A stretch of 64,000 nucleotides of DNA from Antedon mediterranea (taxonomy: Eukaryota > Animalia > Echinodermata): assembly GCF_964355755.1 (NCBI RefSeq), contig NC_092678.1, positions 16,597,881 through 16,661,880 of the forward strand, given 5' to 3'. Shown here piece after piece: positions 24,801-39,200 of this stretch; the stretch's first letter is position 1; the number at the start of each line of letters is the position of its first letter. A model generated the notes under the pieces. It was not told the DNA's origin. It ran no database searches and worked only from the letters and a program-made list of their open reading frames with translations. A program made the translations under genes and the position numbers.

Positions 24801-26934
24801 TTGTTTGAAATCTTACACAGACGTATAAGACAAAAATAGAAATATATCTATATATACATTTACAATACATTAGAATAAATTCTAAAGCACCTGTTGATAA
24901 ACTGAAAATGTATTCATTTTGAAACGATAAAGATGAGGAAATCTGGGTGAATGAGAAAATGATATTCAAACTCAACAATTAACAACAATTAACAATTAAG
25001 AGGCTTTTTCAAAAGGTATAATTGTTCAAATGGAACAAAAATGTAAATATAAAATTGACGGGAGGAGATCAAAAAGTGAAAATGTACCTCTAAAAGCGGC
25101 CAATACCTAAATTTGAAAGAAGAGAACAGTATAAATTGTATCGGCAGACTGCTGCAAGCTTCTACGTTATTCTGTAGGTTCCCCCCCCCCCCCAACATAT
25201 TTTCTACTAACCATGCTTGAAGAAGCATATATCCATTGTTTACTGCAGATGCCGATTGCCTAAGATTATTTTAGATAGCACCCTCTATAGTTTGATGTAG
25301 TTAAATTGTTTAAGGGCCCTCTCTGGCAATGCTTCCATAAATCGTTCAGATAGTTCACTTTTTCATCTTGTAACCTCTTGATGTCTGTAGAATGCTTTTA
25401 TTACCGTATTCATGTTATATGGTATGCCACTATTGGAAAGAATCAGGACATTGTAATTGTTTGGAGTTTAGTTCTTTTATCAGTCACTACTATATTTAGT
25501 GTTAGCAAATTAACAAATGACCCTCGGCCCCCACATGATGTCTGGTTTCTTACTTGGCAAAATAGAATTTTGCTGAGCATATAGTTCTTGCTTTGTTTGT
25601 TTGTTCGCATTATAGCATCCTCATTTTTAGTTGCCTGGAAGCGACTCTATAGTTCACTATGTCGGTCAGTCTGTCTGTCGGTCCGGTATGTGTTTTATCG
25701 CTTTCTGACCTTATCTTGATATCAGTTTAATCTAGCTAAGTCAATTTTTCACAGTATATTATTCCTTATGGCCAGGAATCGATGTGGTTATGTTTTCACG
25801 GTGCGCAATAAAAAATTATGCGGTCTACGCACGATTTAACGAAATCACAATTGTAATCATATCTTCACAACCATGCATCACAATTAAATAAAATTTGGTA
25901 CTCATAAATTTCAGGGCATAAATCATGATATGGTAATACAATTACGTGCGTAGCGCATGTAACGCATGCGTACGCGCGCTTAATATTTTCAAAATTTATT
26001 TTCGATGAAATAAGAGTACGTTTCAGGCAATTTTAAGCGTTTACAAAATTGCCATGAGTGCGCTGATTTTTGCGCGCGCACTGCACGTTAAATGTTATTG
26101 CGCACTCTTTTTGCCCGATTTCTGTTTTCTTGACTTACTTTTCAACTCGAAATTACGTTATACGAGCACGTCAAAAGTGACAGGCTACGCACGTGTAAAT
26201 TAACAAAATATAACTGTTTTTAAACAAGTAATTTTCCCGGAAAATTGATATATTGGTTATGTCACAAAAGCTTATCTATCTTCAAGCTGAAATATTAAAT
26301 AGCATGCCCTCTGTATTCTTTAACATAAGCCGAAAGTAGTGAGCCCTCTATCTCTCTATATTTTGCCAAGTACTTCACTCAGTTTCTGAGTGCTTTCATT
26401 TTGATATTTTGAAGGAACTACATATTCTTTATTGTAGGATGTGATGGAGGCTTTCCGTATTTGATAGCAGGGAAATACGCACAGGATTTTGGGGTTGTTG
26501 AGGAGTCCTGCACACCTTACCTTGGCAAAGATAGCTCATGTACCAAAAACAGCTGCAAGCGTTACTATGCTTCTGATTATTCGTACGTCGGAGGCTTCTA
26601 CGGGGCTTGCAACGAGGCACTGATGCGTATCGCTCTTGTGAAGAATGGACCGCTGGCTGTGGGTTTTGAAGTTCTAGACGATTTCTTTCAATACAAAAGC
26701 GGGATATATCAGCACACGGGTTTACAAGACAAGTTCAACCCGTTTGAAGAAACAAACCATGCGGTGTTGGTTGTTGGTTATGGCACCGATGCAGCTTCTG
26801 GCTTGAAGTACTGGACAGTGAAGAACAGCTGGGGAGATGGATGGGGTGAAGATGGATACTTTAAGATCATACGAGGTGTTGATGAGGTTGGCATTGAAAG
26901 CATGGCATTAGATAGCTTCCCAATAATTCCATAA
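18852..26934 (+). CDS. CTSC: Cathepsin C (dipeptidyl peptidase I), complete, about 451 aa
   Basis: Exons 18852-19023, 20828-21104, 22352-22510, 24527-24777 and 26438-26934 total 1356 nt with compatible phases; the exon 3 donor is the least certain. Signal peptide, then DTPADC, exclusion-domain [12 protein letters not shown], catalytic [33 protein letters not shown] and KNSWG. Confidence 0.96.
19279..20610. mobile_element. PIF/Harbinger-type MITE with a TTA duplication
   Basis: tta|ggcctaaaaa..ttgtttgtttgctgtca ... tgacagcaaacaaacta..ttttggcc|tta. Confidence 0.8.
19600..20414. mobile_element. Tc1/mariner (pogo-like) MITE nested in the Harbinger-type element
   Basis: ta|ccgtatatttcagtgtataagtcgcac ... 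gtgcgattatacaccgaaatatacgc|ta. Confidence 0.8.
21185..22203. mobile_element. Non-autonomous element with long TIRs, TATGG..CCATA termini and a 6-bp TSD (IS3EU-like)
   Basis: cagagc|tatggaatgccatcaccgcc ... ggcggtgattgccttccata|cagagc. TIRs exceed 250 bp and contain 21-bp tandem units, with more copies in the left arm. Confidence 0.85.
22722..22863 (-). mobile_element. Partial copy of the SINE at 55207-55525
   Basis: Near-identical reverse complement of ~55359-55500. Confidence 0.9.
23076..24122. mobile_element. piggyBac-like non-autonomous element
   Basis: ttaa|cactttgactgcca ... tggcagtcaaagtg|ttaa. Confidence 0.85.
25624..26300. mobile_element. Helentron/HINE-like interspersed repeat (boundaries approximate); short relatives at ~35029-35107, ~40013-40111 and ~49464-49543
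   Basis: T-run start, then cactatgtcggtc followed by a (gtc(t/g))n microsatellite. The same motif occurs in reverse (accgaccgacatagtgagct) at three other sites. Confidence 0.5.
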
Positions 26935-29913
26935 TTTCTACCAATTTTTATAGTAATTCTATATTAAATTCGTTTAGTCATTTATTATTCCATAGTCTTA
27001 CCATTTACTATGTTAAAAACATGCTTCTATTTTTCCCAACAGGATGAGGATAATTCTATTTGTTCTTTCATAAACATTATTTTTATAATAACCAATGATG
27101 CACCATTAGTATTAGTGAATTATATAATTATTAACGCAGTTTCTAATGACTACTATTATGATATGGCACAAATGTATGCGATGCAATGGTACATACATTT
27201 TCATGAGGTAAAATTATAACATGTTATCTTACTGAATGAAAATATTTGCTTCATTGCACGAATTCATATGAGCAAATCCCTAATTTTTTTTAAACATCTA
27301 TAGGTTGCGCTAACCAAAATGAAGATAATTAAAAACTCTTGTTGCCGTTGGTTCAATGGAGTACATTTGAAATTGTGTTACCCACAATCCTCCAATTAAA
27401 AAAAATAGATCTACTTGGGTGTTATAGATTAGGGAAAGATGCCATCTAAAACTTTGTTAGCAATTCTGCTATAGTCCTTTATCTCCCTTGCTTAGTACAG
27501 TATTATGGCTAACACAATGGGAATTAACTCTACATATTGTTTATTATGTTTACTAATACTAATGGTTACTAACACCTATGTTTATAATACAATAGTATCA
27601 ATAGGACTGTATTAAATACAGAATCTGTTGTGAATCGTAAATTCAAAATTGTTATAATTTATTTTCGTAATCTTTGTTTGATTTTCAGATATATAATTTT
27701 CTTTACAGTACTTAGATAATAATGTGTGATTGCAATAAAATAGTTTTTTTATATTATGCAGAAATAAAATATTTATACTGTATTGCAAAACTAGACTGAT
27801 AAGATAGCGTTGTGTATTATTAAAACGAGGGAGAAGACCGCAAATGGCAACATATTTGTAATAATCGGCCATTTTAATGTTGCATAATAATTATATTACA
27901 ATCGGTTCGATGTTATTTGTTTATAGTACAAATCGCGACTTAATTTAGAAATTAATTTGCTTCCTTTCTTCTTGTATTAAGTGTCCCTTTAAAATGATTT
28001 ACCTCGATGGTTCCTCATGCTGATAACTGTGACGTCATCAGTTCTCTCTTCAATTCCATCTTGTTAAATCTACTGTAGGATTTTTTGTTTAATCTTAAAG
28101 TTCTTAGAAAGATACCGATGTCCGTGTCATGCATTGCTACTATTTCTCGAAATGGTCATTTTGTGGTGGTCTCTCCTGTTTCAACATTTTGGAAAATAAA
28201 AGATTGTTAGTCTCGTCGGTTTCAAGAGTGTAAAGTACTGCACCTGGCTATGCAAATAATTGACACTAAAAACTTTTTTTTAAATTTAAATAAATAATAT
28301 TTGACACAGAACAAAAACAAAATCTTTAAATCTTTAAAATACACCATCCACAGTTGTAATTTTAGTGTCGATGTGGTGGGCGCGGTCGAGTACGGTAGGC
28401 CTACAAAGGTCACCGCCCTTACGCATTCAAAATCTGCAGAAAACGTCTCAATATTACCTGCTAAAATAATAAATCGGTTAGTCGGAAACGTTTTAGATAA
28501 TGGTTGATGGACTATTTCTAGTGTCTACAAGATTGTTCAAGGAATTTTAATCCATCAGAAGTTCCCGTTTGATTATAAACTGTCATCACTTATTGACACG
28601 AATCCAAGATATTCTTAGAAATTGAATATGCTGTAATTGCGCGCGACCTTACAATGAAGATATTAATAATTGAGGGGTTAATATCGTCTGCTTATCGTTC
28701 ATGGATGTGTATATAAATGCTTAATAATAATCATTTTCTGAGAAACATCTGCCACGTACATAAAACGTATATAAATAATGCATACATTTTGTATACGCCT
28801 TCAGAACTGCATCACTAACTACCTTGGATGTATTTGTCTTCTCACGGTCGGTATCAATCTTTTATTTAGGGTAAATTACATGGCTTGTGCATGCGCCTCG
28901 TAGTAAAACAGTACAACAGGAGAATTGGTAAAGCATGGACCTATACAATTATTCCATGGGTAAAGCAACACTACCGAATTGACCAATCACAAGCGACAGT
29001 TCGAATAATCCATCGCTTTTGATTGGTAAATTCGCTTGCGACGTTGATTGTGGCTTCATCAAACTATTTTATTTATTCAAACTCTCGTATATTGCATTCA
29101 TAATGTATACGATTATTCCTTATTATAAATGCATATTTATCATAAATTATAGTAGTGCATGGCGTCATCCTACATAAGGATTACGTGTTGTGACTCAAAC
29201 CATTATCCAACATATACAAGTTTTAGTACGACACGAAACCTGAAAATACCGTATCCTATAATATTCGCATTGTTACAAGCAGAAAACAAAGGAAGTCCAT
29301 TCGTGCCACTAAATTATTATTGAATTACTATATCATCAAGTCTCTTTCTCCCACCCCCCCCCCCCCCCCCCCTCTCTCTCTCTCTCTCCTCGGGTGCCTT
29401 ATCTACGGGCGTAGGCGATCATGGTCTGCCACAATTTTCTGCTTCTTGCTTTCTTTAAAAGGTCCACTCCTTGATTCGTTATTCCATTAACTTGCAACCA
29501 CTCGATTAGGCTTGTCATCCACATTACATGTTTTCTACCCCTGCTCCTCTTTCCTTCAATCTTTCCGGTTATTGACTACAGGTTCATCAAGTAGTGGCAT
29601 GAATAAGCTTTCGTAGAAACACATTAAAGAAACCTCAGTGTAGTAGTAAGCCATATCATTTTGGTCAAAATTTATTTTTAAAATCCATATAAAATTCAAT
29701 AAAGTTTGGAAAGACTAATAGAAACAATGCATAATATAAAACGTATCCATAACTTACTTTATGATCAGCTCTAAAATAATAATAATAATAATAATAGTTC
29801 ATTCTTATATAGCGCATATAAGCAAGCTCTCAATGCGCTGAACATTATTACCCCAGTCATTTCCTGATCAAACACCTATAGAAACATACTCCCACATAAT
29901 AACAATAACAGGA

Positions 29914-31516
29914 CAACTAGACATGTAACTCGTCACTTTGACGAGTTTGGTTATCCGCCGCGCAAGTGGTGCAACATTAACATTAAGGGGATAGGTTGAG
30001 GACAAAAGGAAGTGTTCACGTTGGCATTATGACCTGAACTGAAGAATATGATATGTTGTTATTGCTGAATTTTATTATTTAAATTCATATATAGTATACA
30101 CAGTATAATCTGTATCCATATCACATACAGTGACATACATAGAATAGGTGAAATTACGGGACCCGCTATTTATTGCAATTTTTAACATGTTGACGGTTTT
30201 AAAATGAAACGCGAAGGTAGCAATTCCGAAAGGAAATTATCTCAGCAACAACGTATTAGCGTGTAGAAGAAATTTGAATACGTGAAATATTGATGCGTGC
30301 TCTTTTAAATGTAATGAATTATGACGCAAAAGATGAAAATACGACCTTTTTTTATTTAACTGGCCATATGATGACGTCACAACATCCGATTGGCAACATT
30401 TTTACATAATTTCATATCTACAATCCAATAGCTTCCAGAAAAAGTTTTAATCGTGATTATCACATTTTATTCTTACGAGCTATAACAGATTAAAATTTAC
30501 TGTAAAGATGAAATTGATGCCACACGTGATTTAAATTTTTAGGCACGATGACGTCAAAAAAATTAAAATATTTTTCACTCATGCGAAAGATAGTTGATTG
30601 AACTAGACAATATCAAAATCGGGGTGAAAATGGAAAACGGATAAGTGGAGATGCGCTCTATTCAATGTGATGAGCTATGACAAAAGATACAAAAATCCTA
30701 AATTGTATATTCGCGTGGCCATACGATGACGTCACAATGTCCGGTTAGCCATATTAATACCTGATCTGATATCTACAACTCATCTACTTCCAGAATATGT
30801 CATCCACACAAATTTGACCGTCTAGTTTAGAAATTACGACTGTTTAAAAAAAGGCATATTTTAAACGAATTTTTTAACCTTTTCATAAAAAACGCGCGCA
30901 AATTGTCCAATTCGACGTGCTCGTATGACGTATCTTTAAGTCGAAATTGTTTAAAATTTGGAAAAATTACTAGAAAAGGCTGGAAAAACATAAATCACGC
31001 GAAAAAAATACGTTTTCAATGCTACGTGCGCACCGCACACGTAGAAATGTGCGCACGCGTGGGAATTTTTGACATGCTTAAAACGACATGAAACGCGTAG
31101 AAAGTTGATTATAAATTAATTTTGCGCATTTTGAAATTTTAAATGTGCGTGCGCGCGTAACTTTGTGTAAAACACGCAATTTTTTTTCAACAGAAAGTTA
31201 GCGCATGATATAAATTAAACTTTTGCAAAGTTTCACTTTAAAATGTTATTTGGTTTTCGATATATGTTAAATACGAGAAAATCGTTAAATCGCGCGTACG
31301 TCACGTTGCGCGATTGTAAACATCATGAAAAGCTTCGCTTGACGACGTTACATAAATGTCAAAATGTTAACATAGTTAACAAAATGTTATGTTTGCAAGT
31401 TTTAGAGAAAAGCGTTACACAAAAATCATACAGAAAGAAAGAAGATTAAGAAAAAGATGATGATGATTTCGTACAATCACAAGAGGTTATCCTGCAACTT
31501 CGTTGCGGATAACCAA
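29914..31516. mobile_element. Helentron/HINE-like non-autonomous element
   Basis: Hairpin actcgtcactttgacgagt followed by ggttatcc near the left end; ggttatcc-tgcaacttcgttgc-ggataacc hairpin at the right end; A-rich insertion context. Confidence 0.55.
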
Positions 31517-31694
31517 TTAAATACATAACATAGTAATAGAATTGATACAATTATCTAAATAATATTATACACTTTGCAGAATAGCTAAAAAACTACTAAA
31601 TTAATAAGTTTAAAAGAATTAGGGCCTGATTTATAAATAATGTATATTCTTTGAAAACTGTATTTCTTAGCTCTCAATTAAGATTATCGGAAGT

Positions 31695-32201
31695 TCAATC
31701 CCAAGCCATCTTGTAGGCATATTACTTTTGAGTTCATACCCATCACAAAAACATATTTGTTAGGCCTATAACTTTTGAGTTCAAATTCAATCCCAAGCCC
31801 CTTGTAGGCCTATACCTGTTGAGTCCATATCCATTACAAAAACATAACTTGTTAGGCCTATAACTTATGAGTTCATATTCATCACAAAAAAACATTTGTT
31901 AGGCCTATAACTTTTGAGTTCATACCTATCACAAAAACATATTTGTTAGGCCTATAACTTTTGAGTTCAAATTCAATCCCAAGCCCCTTGTAGGCCTATA
32001 ACTGTTGAGTCCATATCCATTACAAAAACATAATTTGTTAGGCCTATAACTTTTGAGTTCATATTCATCACAAAAAAAACATATTTATTAGGCCTATAAC
32101 TGTTGAGTTCATATCCATCACAAACCAGCTTGTATGGCCTGTAACTTTTTAGTTCATATCCACTACAAACCAGCTTGTATGGCCTGTAACTTTTGAGTTC
32201 A
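31695..32201. repeat. Minisatellite with a ~43-49-bp unit (gttaggcctataacttttgagttcatatccatcacaaaaacatattt), about 11 copies
   Basis: Tandem units are visible, with a higher-order duplication of the caaattcaatcccaagcccc variant. Confidence 0.9.
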
Positions 32202-33860
32202 GGTTCATTCAAACTGATCTTGTATACATAACGTATTGTTTCTCCAAAAAGCAACTAAACATGCGTGATTCATACCGCAATGGGCATGTAGAAAAATTAG
32301 GATAAATACACTTGTACTTTTTAAAAGCTTTCGTTACAATCATGATTTCCTAGAAAATATGTTAATTACTAATACACAAACATTTACTGTCTATTAAGCT
32401 TGGTTTCCACTAGAACGTAACGCAAGGACGTAAACGCAACGCAAGCGTTTTAACCAATGACAAGCGAAGTTATAGACAGTTAGCAATCACAAGCGAATAA
32501 GCCATCGCTTGTGATTGGTCAATTCACTTGCGTTGCGTTACGTCCCTGTGTTGCGTCGCTAGTGGGAACCACGCTTTATGGACCATGTCAAACATATCAT
32601 ACTGCAGTAACTGCGGTAACTATTATACATCTTTTCTATTATTTAACAAACCTTTGGTAACCAAACATACTGTTGATTATAATGCCTCCTAAACTTATAA
32701 ATTAAAAATAACTAATCACACGTTTGTGTTTTACTGCAGTAACTGCAGTAGGATAATGCTTGATCCCTTACGGCCGGCAGTTAATTTTCAACATACATAT
32801 ATTCTGGGTATTAGTGTAAACAAACTTAATTTAATCAATAATATATTAAAGAATTAATAATGTACCCGTCTCAAACGTATAGAAAAAGGTAGTACATTTA
32901 AAATAATGGTTTTAATTCAACACAACTCGTCTGCAAAGCTATTGAGTCTAAAAGAATGGTTTCCAAAGTCAGAAAAATATGCACACGCGCAGAAGCTCAA
33001 TAATTGCAAAGTCGAAAGTTACTTGAACGCAGGTAGTGCTCAATGACTACTGCCGGTACGTATTCGTTTTGCTCATGCTCAGAAACATATGAGCATATCA
33101 TGCGCAGAATAATAGACTCAATATATTATGAATACGTCATTTTCTAAGTACAGAAAGACAGCAATAAGCAATATTTTTATCAGAGGTAACAATACTTCCA
33201 CTGAGGCACTTTCGACAATGTGTTAAACGCCATCTTCACCTTATACATGGTCCATATCTCACGAAAGTTTTTTTTAAAACAATCACTGAGTAAAGTTAGG
33301 CCTAGCCATTGTAAAATAATAGTTAACCGAAATTAAAAGGCACGTTAAATTGAAAGAATAGCCATAAATATCCATAGAATGAAATAAATAATAAAACTTT
33401 ATAAATATTATTTATAAAGATGCAGCAAAATGTTCATTTGGTGCAATGGCTGTTTAATCGCAAAACAGCTTATTTGACCTGATATGTGTAACCTTTCAAA
33501 AGTTACAATTTACTGTTATTATTACACATCCAGTGTGTTGTGTTATCGAAAAATAACTAAAATATTTGTTTTAATTGTAAATTAAGGTGTTGTGCGTTTA
33601 AAAAGCACGCATTTTTCTCTGTCAAATATATCCACAATCGAAAGTATTCATTGCACAACACGGCCCATAATGCATTCTGTTTGCAAAAGTCTTATGAAAA
33701 GTTGAAACTATGGTATAATGTTCATCTTGAACAATCAAACTCTTTGACGGGACGGATAGGAAGACGGGAGGTCGAGTCGACCATTCGTAAATGCAGGCCT
33801 CCTTCATGACGTAGGCTATGCTCCGTATTCCGACAACAGCTAAGGGGTAGGCCTAACTAG

Positions 33861-35806
33861 TTAAACGTTTATGTACATTGGGAACTGTCTCCTTCGCTTA
33901 CTGTTCAAGCATATACGCCAGATAAACATAACAAACCAAGGCATAAAAAGAGCTAGGCCCATTCCGCCAGATGTTACAAGACTGAGAGAAATCCATATAT
34001 CGTCTGTAATGTTGCCTCCTGTTCCGCGAATGTGGGAAACTAAGAGATATACACCGACGCCTGCCACTCCACCAAGAAGTAGAAGAATTATTAAAGCTGA
34101 TATAAGTGTGTTTTCTTCTGATGTCTGAAAAATAAAAATGTTGCAATGAATAAAAGTTACATTAATTATAATAAAAATCTACATACATTCTTTAAATTTT
34201 CGATTAGCATCCTTTTCACTTAACATCCGTTTTCCTGTACCATACTAATTGCATCATTAGGCAAGATGCTTTACTCTCATTACCTTACCTAAGAGTCCCA
34301 AATGATCAGCAAGTGCTGGATGGATCACCCTCATTAAATATGGTAAAAAACACTACATGAAATCAAATCAGGCCTATTACTTACCGTCAACCGTGGAAAC
34401 TTCATATATTTTTTATCATACTGCTTATTGCATATTTCACATATATTCGAGCCTTTTGTTCGTGCCCATCTCTGAAGACAATTAATATGAATATATTTGG
34501 AAGAACCAGCGCAACCACACGGCGATATCAGTTTGTCTTTTCCTAAACAATGAAAATAACATGTAGTTAATAAATGGTATGTCGAGAACTTACGCTATAA
34601 ATTCGACCATTCACTTTATAATCATCAAGATCTTTTGTTTTTAAATTGTGACCCGGTGAATATATCCTGGATTTATAAAGCGCCTAATGCGAAACCTATA
34701 AGGGATGTAAATATTATTCCCAGGTCATTTTTTAAATCAAACATGTATTAAAACATACTTTCACATCTAATCATTGCAAGGTTGTGTCTTGACCTAACCG
34801 GGTACTCATTTCTACACCTGGGCAGAGGGAGAGGCAACATAAGTGATTTGCCTAAAGAAGGCAATGCGACAAAAGCATTGGATTCGAACCAACGATCTCA
34901 CGATTCGTAGAACTGCAACAAACATCGAAGAAAATCAGGGTTGTCTATTCCTAAGAGACCATGTCAAAATTATTTTTCTGAATAACTACACTTTGTTTAA
35001 GCTTTATCCAATTGATTAGCAAAAAAACAAGGCCATATAAATGGCTGCAGTCGCGTGCTCAAGTTAGTGTTTACCGACCGACCAACCGACCGACATAGTG
35101 AGCTGTAGCGACAAAAAATAATACGGTAAATATGCCTACAAGTCAAAAGAATTCGTATTGAAATAAAATAAATGAAAGAATAATAAAGCAAGCGCGAAAC
35201 GTTTGCGAAACGTCGTAGACCTAGTAAATTCTTTTTATTTTGTACTCATCTAGCTATCGTACTTCATTGGAACAAGAAAACAGACAATAATTATAATGCG
35301 ATAATAATAGTAATAATAATAATAACATAAAAATGAATTTTAACAATTTTAATCAGAACAGTATCACAATTTCGATTTTAATGTCTTAGTAAATGTTAAC
35401 GTCCTTTTTTTGTGGCCAGGTTAATAGTTTCTTTGTTATTATACTTATACTGATTTTATAATATTTTACGACTTATTGATGTTCAGAATGAGATTTTAAT
35501 GTTTTTAACTGTTTTTTATTATTGTACAATTTGTAGAATGAATAGACCAGAATATATATATATAATTGGGATCAAAATGAATTTATTTCAAGAATCAAAC
35601 TTACCTTTGCTCCCCATATTTTCCTGACATATACGACATAAAGGTATATCACTATTATTCTCTGTTAACATTTCCTCCAAATCAGATGCAGTCGTAAGAT
35701 TCGAACCCGTATTTTGTTGAACATTCTCAATGTCGCTAATTGCTATTTCACCGTTCGGCTTTTCCGCAACTTTGATGATTTGTGTTTTTGAATTATGGAA
35801 ACCAAC
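33861..35806 (-). CDS. Membrane-associated RING-CH (MARCH-type) E3 ubiquitin ligase; start codon uncertain
   Basis: Exons ~35605-35806, 34385-34542 and 33861-34124 join in frame. They give CRIC..LISPCGCAGSSKYIHINCLQRW..CEIC (C4HC3), then two hydrophobic helices (LISALIILLLLGGVAGVGVYLLV; IWISLSLVTSGGMGLALFMPWFVMFIW) and a basic tail. Confidence 0.88.
34795..34915 (-). mobile_element. Degenerate tRNA-derived CORE-type SINE fragment
   Basis: ggtactcatttctacacctggg..aagtgatttgcctaa..ggattcgaacc resembles a CORE domain plus B box in reverse. Confidence 0.5.
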
Positions 35807-38800
35807 CTGTGAAGATAAAACATGATACAATTCAAACACAATTTTATATTACGGTATTCCGTCATCAAATATTTAAGAGGCCTTCGAGAAAATTATATAA
35901 AACTTCTCCAGGGAAAGAATCAGTTGTTTTTCTAACGAAATGGGTTAGGCGTCTTTTAAGGGAAAGGGCATCAGTAAGAATTTCAATAATAAAGATTAAA
36001 TAACCAGTAAACTTAAAAATAGAAAAATTATATTATCATAAGTGAAATGTGCCATTGTCGATAATCATATTTTGTCAGAACATCCGTTACGTACGTTTTA
36101 TTTGTATAATATTTATTGTATAATATTGTACAAATTTTATTTGTACAATATATAGTACTGTACTGTACTATTATTTGCAATATTTTGATTTTCTTTTCAT
36201 CAAGGAGATGAAAGAAATCTAAATTAACGCTCATTTCTGAAGTTTGTACTGTCAACAAATCAATCAAAATCGAAAATTAAATTTGTGATGATGATTAATC
36301 ATCATTCAATCAATCATTAAGCAGAAAAAACACACCCCCACTCCCCTCCCCTACATTTCGAATAGATAGAACATATATCAAAATCCCGGATCTGTCACTG
36401 TAAACATATCTCTAACATGCTACCTTACCTAGCAATGATTCGGAATGTATAAATGACGTATATTAAGTCATGCTTGAATGCATGGTCAGTGTGATGCAAC
36501 GCATGCATTCTCTTTTCCTGGAAAATGAATTCTGTTTGCAAAATACATATAATGATAGACATTTTTCTGGCAATGGTTGCCTATATTGTGGGAAGCCTAA
36601 TGTAATTCGTGAGATTGTAATGTTCAAATTGAGTTCTTTGCAGATTTGGAATCTTTAGTCTAGGGTAGGTCTAGAATTAATTGAAATTGGGGGCCAATTT
36701 TTCCTACAATTTTGGATTTCAAAATGGCGCCTATTTAATTGTATGATCATTATCTGCCAGCATTTTCATTCATTTAGTAAAACAAAACTTTTAATAAAAC
36801 AAAATGTATTAAAAGGTAAAGTATGTTATAAAACAATATTAATAAAAATTAATAATTACAATACTAATTTTACTATATTCACGACTAATTATATATGCAG
36901 GTATTTATTTACTAAATTTAAAATTAAACTACTCACAAAACACTGAGATATGATATCCAATTAATCTGTACTGCGCACTGCATAAAAGTGCAAAAACGGG
37001 ATAAGGTGTTACAATTATGAATCGTTACATTCATCAACAAAACAGGAAAACGACAAAACTGGTTATATTACAAAAACCGACAATTCCTTCGAGACGTTGA
37101 AATGTTTCAGAGAAAAACTAAGAATCAACATTTAGGCCTCTTTTTACAATCACTGGACGGTTAATCAGCGGCGCATACATTAAATGTGTTCCTATGCGAT
37201 TAATAAACTGTGCAGGTCTGACGATCTCGGGCCTACAGATAGGCCTACGTATGAATAACTAACGAGACACTGACGCAAACATGAAAGAAAAACTATAACA
37301 ACAATCTCGAGGACTTATAGAATTACGTCCATAGCGGATTACCACTCATCGGTTTATGAGATCGAAAACAGACTTTTTCCTATCACTGTACTTTTCCAAG
37401 AAAAAAACTCCCCGCAAGCTTCATCAAAGGCCAAAACTGTCGATACCATACATTATGGGTAAGATTAAATCTTTCTGAAACACTACCAAAACACTTTCAT
37501 AATGTGAGCACCCCTATCAAATAATGCAAAATTCCTTTATTTTGTTGTACTTTTTTACTCCATACTCATCAAATCATTATCAAAATAGCCGGCCACAGGA
37601 ATCGTTTATGAATCGGAGAACTTACTAGGATTTATTCATTTAGTAAATGTTTTATTTACGTACTCGTGGCCGGGTCAAGGCCAGGTTATGGTTTTAGCGC
37701 GTAACCGGCCGTGGTTATATTCTTCACAAAATTATAAATGGCTACTTACTGTTGGATCCATTTATCTTCAGAACTCGCGATATTTTGATTCGCACGTTTC
37801 TAAATTGGACGAGTATCCACGAGTATTTTCAGACTTAAGCAAATAGGATTATGGCCATAAAAACTATAAAGACTGCGAAACAAAAGACGATAACCATCGA
37901 CGATGAATGGATAAAGATAATTTTTCTTACATAAAACAAAAGAAATTAGATAAGTTTTCATTCTAGAACTATGGACTAAACATTTATGTCTTTTTGATAA
38001 CGGTATCGAGAATGAAAAAAGAAAAACACAATGTTTCGACAGGGCACGAAGTTGCTCATCTATACATTTTATGGGTTTGTCGACGAAACGATTCCCGCAC
38101 CTCCTGAAAAAATAAAAATGGTGGGTGGGTTTGTGGGGGGGGGGGGGGGGGGTTCCACCATGACCCCTCCTGGATCTGATCCAGTGCAACTATCCGTGCA
38201 TCGACACTCATCCGTGTGTATTACCAGGGGTCTCCGTTAAGGACCAGTAAAATTACATTTTTACTGGTCCTCCACTCCTTTTACTGGTCACAGAATATGG
38301 GCCTACAGTAAATAATAGGAAGGCCTTCAATAACAACAAAAATACTGTTTGTACCTGAACATTAACTTGAAAAAACTAAATTGAGGAACAGAAAATCGAT
38401 CTTATAGTTACATTAATCCAGGCGTAAAATATTTTGTAAATAAATATTGATGAGGTGAATTGAGTAAAATTATTGTATTTCGTCAAATTTTTCTGAAATT
38501 GTAACTGGCCAAGCAGATTTGTTATTATTTGACTATTTAACTAGTCCTCACTTATTCGCTGAGCACTTTTATTTTTCAGTTTTTCAGTCAGACCTAGGAA
38601 AAGCCACAGGTGGCGTTACTAGGTTTAAAAGTTGAAACGACTTGTCACTTGTGTTTGAATGCATTAATAAACTATCATCACGATAAAATTAATGCTGTGA
38701 GCAAAACGGGAAATGAAATCTAAATTTTAAATTTCCATTTCTCAGTAAACCTGCCTTAGTGGAAATGAATGTAAATTAATTGATGCAATATCTGTTTAAA

Positions 38801-39052
38801 ATGATTCAGTAAGATCTAAATACTCTATGATATCGTTCGCTCAAGATATAACGGTGTAATTAAATTAGTAGAATCAATTTGCTCATGTCGATTCAATTTT
38901 AAATATAATGGGTATGAGCGTTGGGCAACGTTAGGCCTCTGTACTTCTGTTTTCTTTAATTTAAAAGGTTAAAGTTAATGTGAAGATCACTTGATTACAT
39001 ATAAGATAATGGTGACAGGGAGATGGCATAATTGTTACTATTATAAGCTTAA

Positions 39053-39200
39053 GCTCTGTATACACTATCAAACTAGTTTTGTGATGTGCTTAAACATGGT
39101 AGTGATATGCCCAAATATGGTAGTGATATGTAATCACCATGTCCATATTTGGGCACATCACATGTTTTTGTCACATAAAGTTTGATAGTGTAGATAGAGC
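39053..39200. mobile_element. ~150-bp palindromic MITE; relatives near 8470-8620, 10922, 39398 and 39930
   Basis: ttaa|gctctgtatacactatcaaact ... agtttgatagtgtagatagagc|ttaa. Confidence 0.8.
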
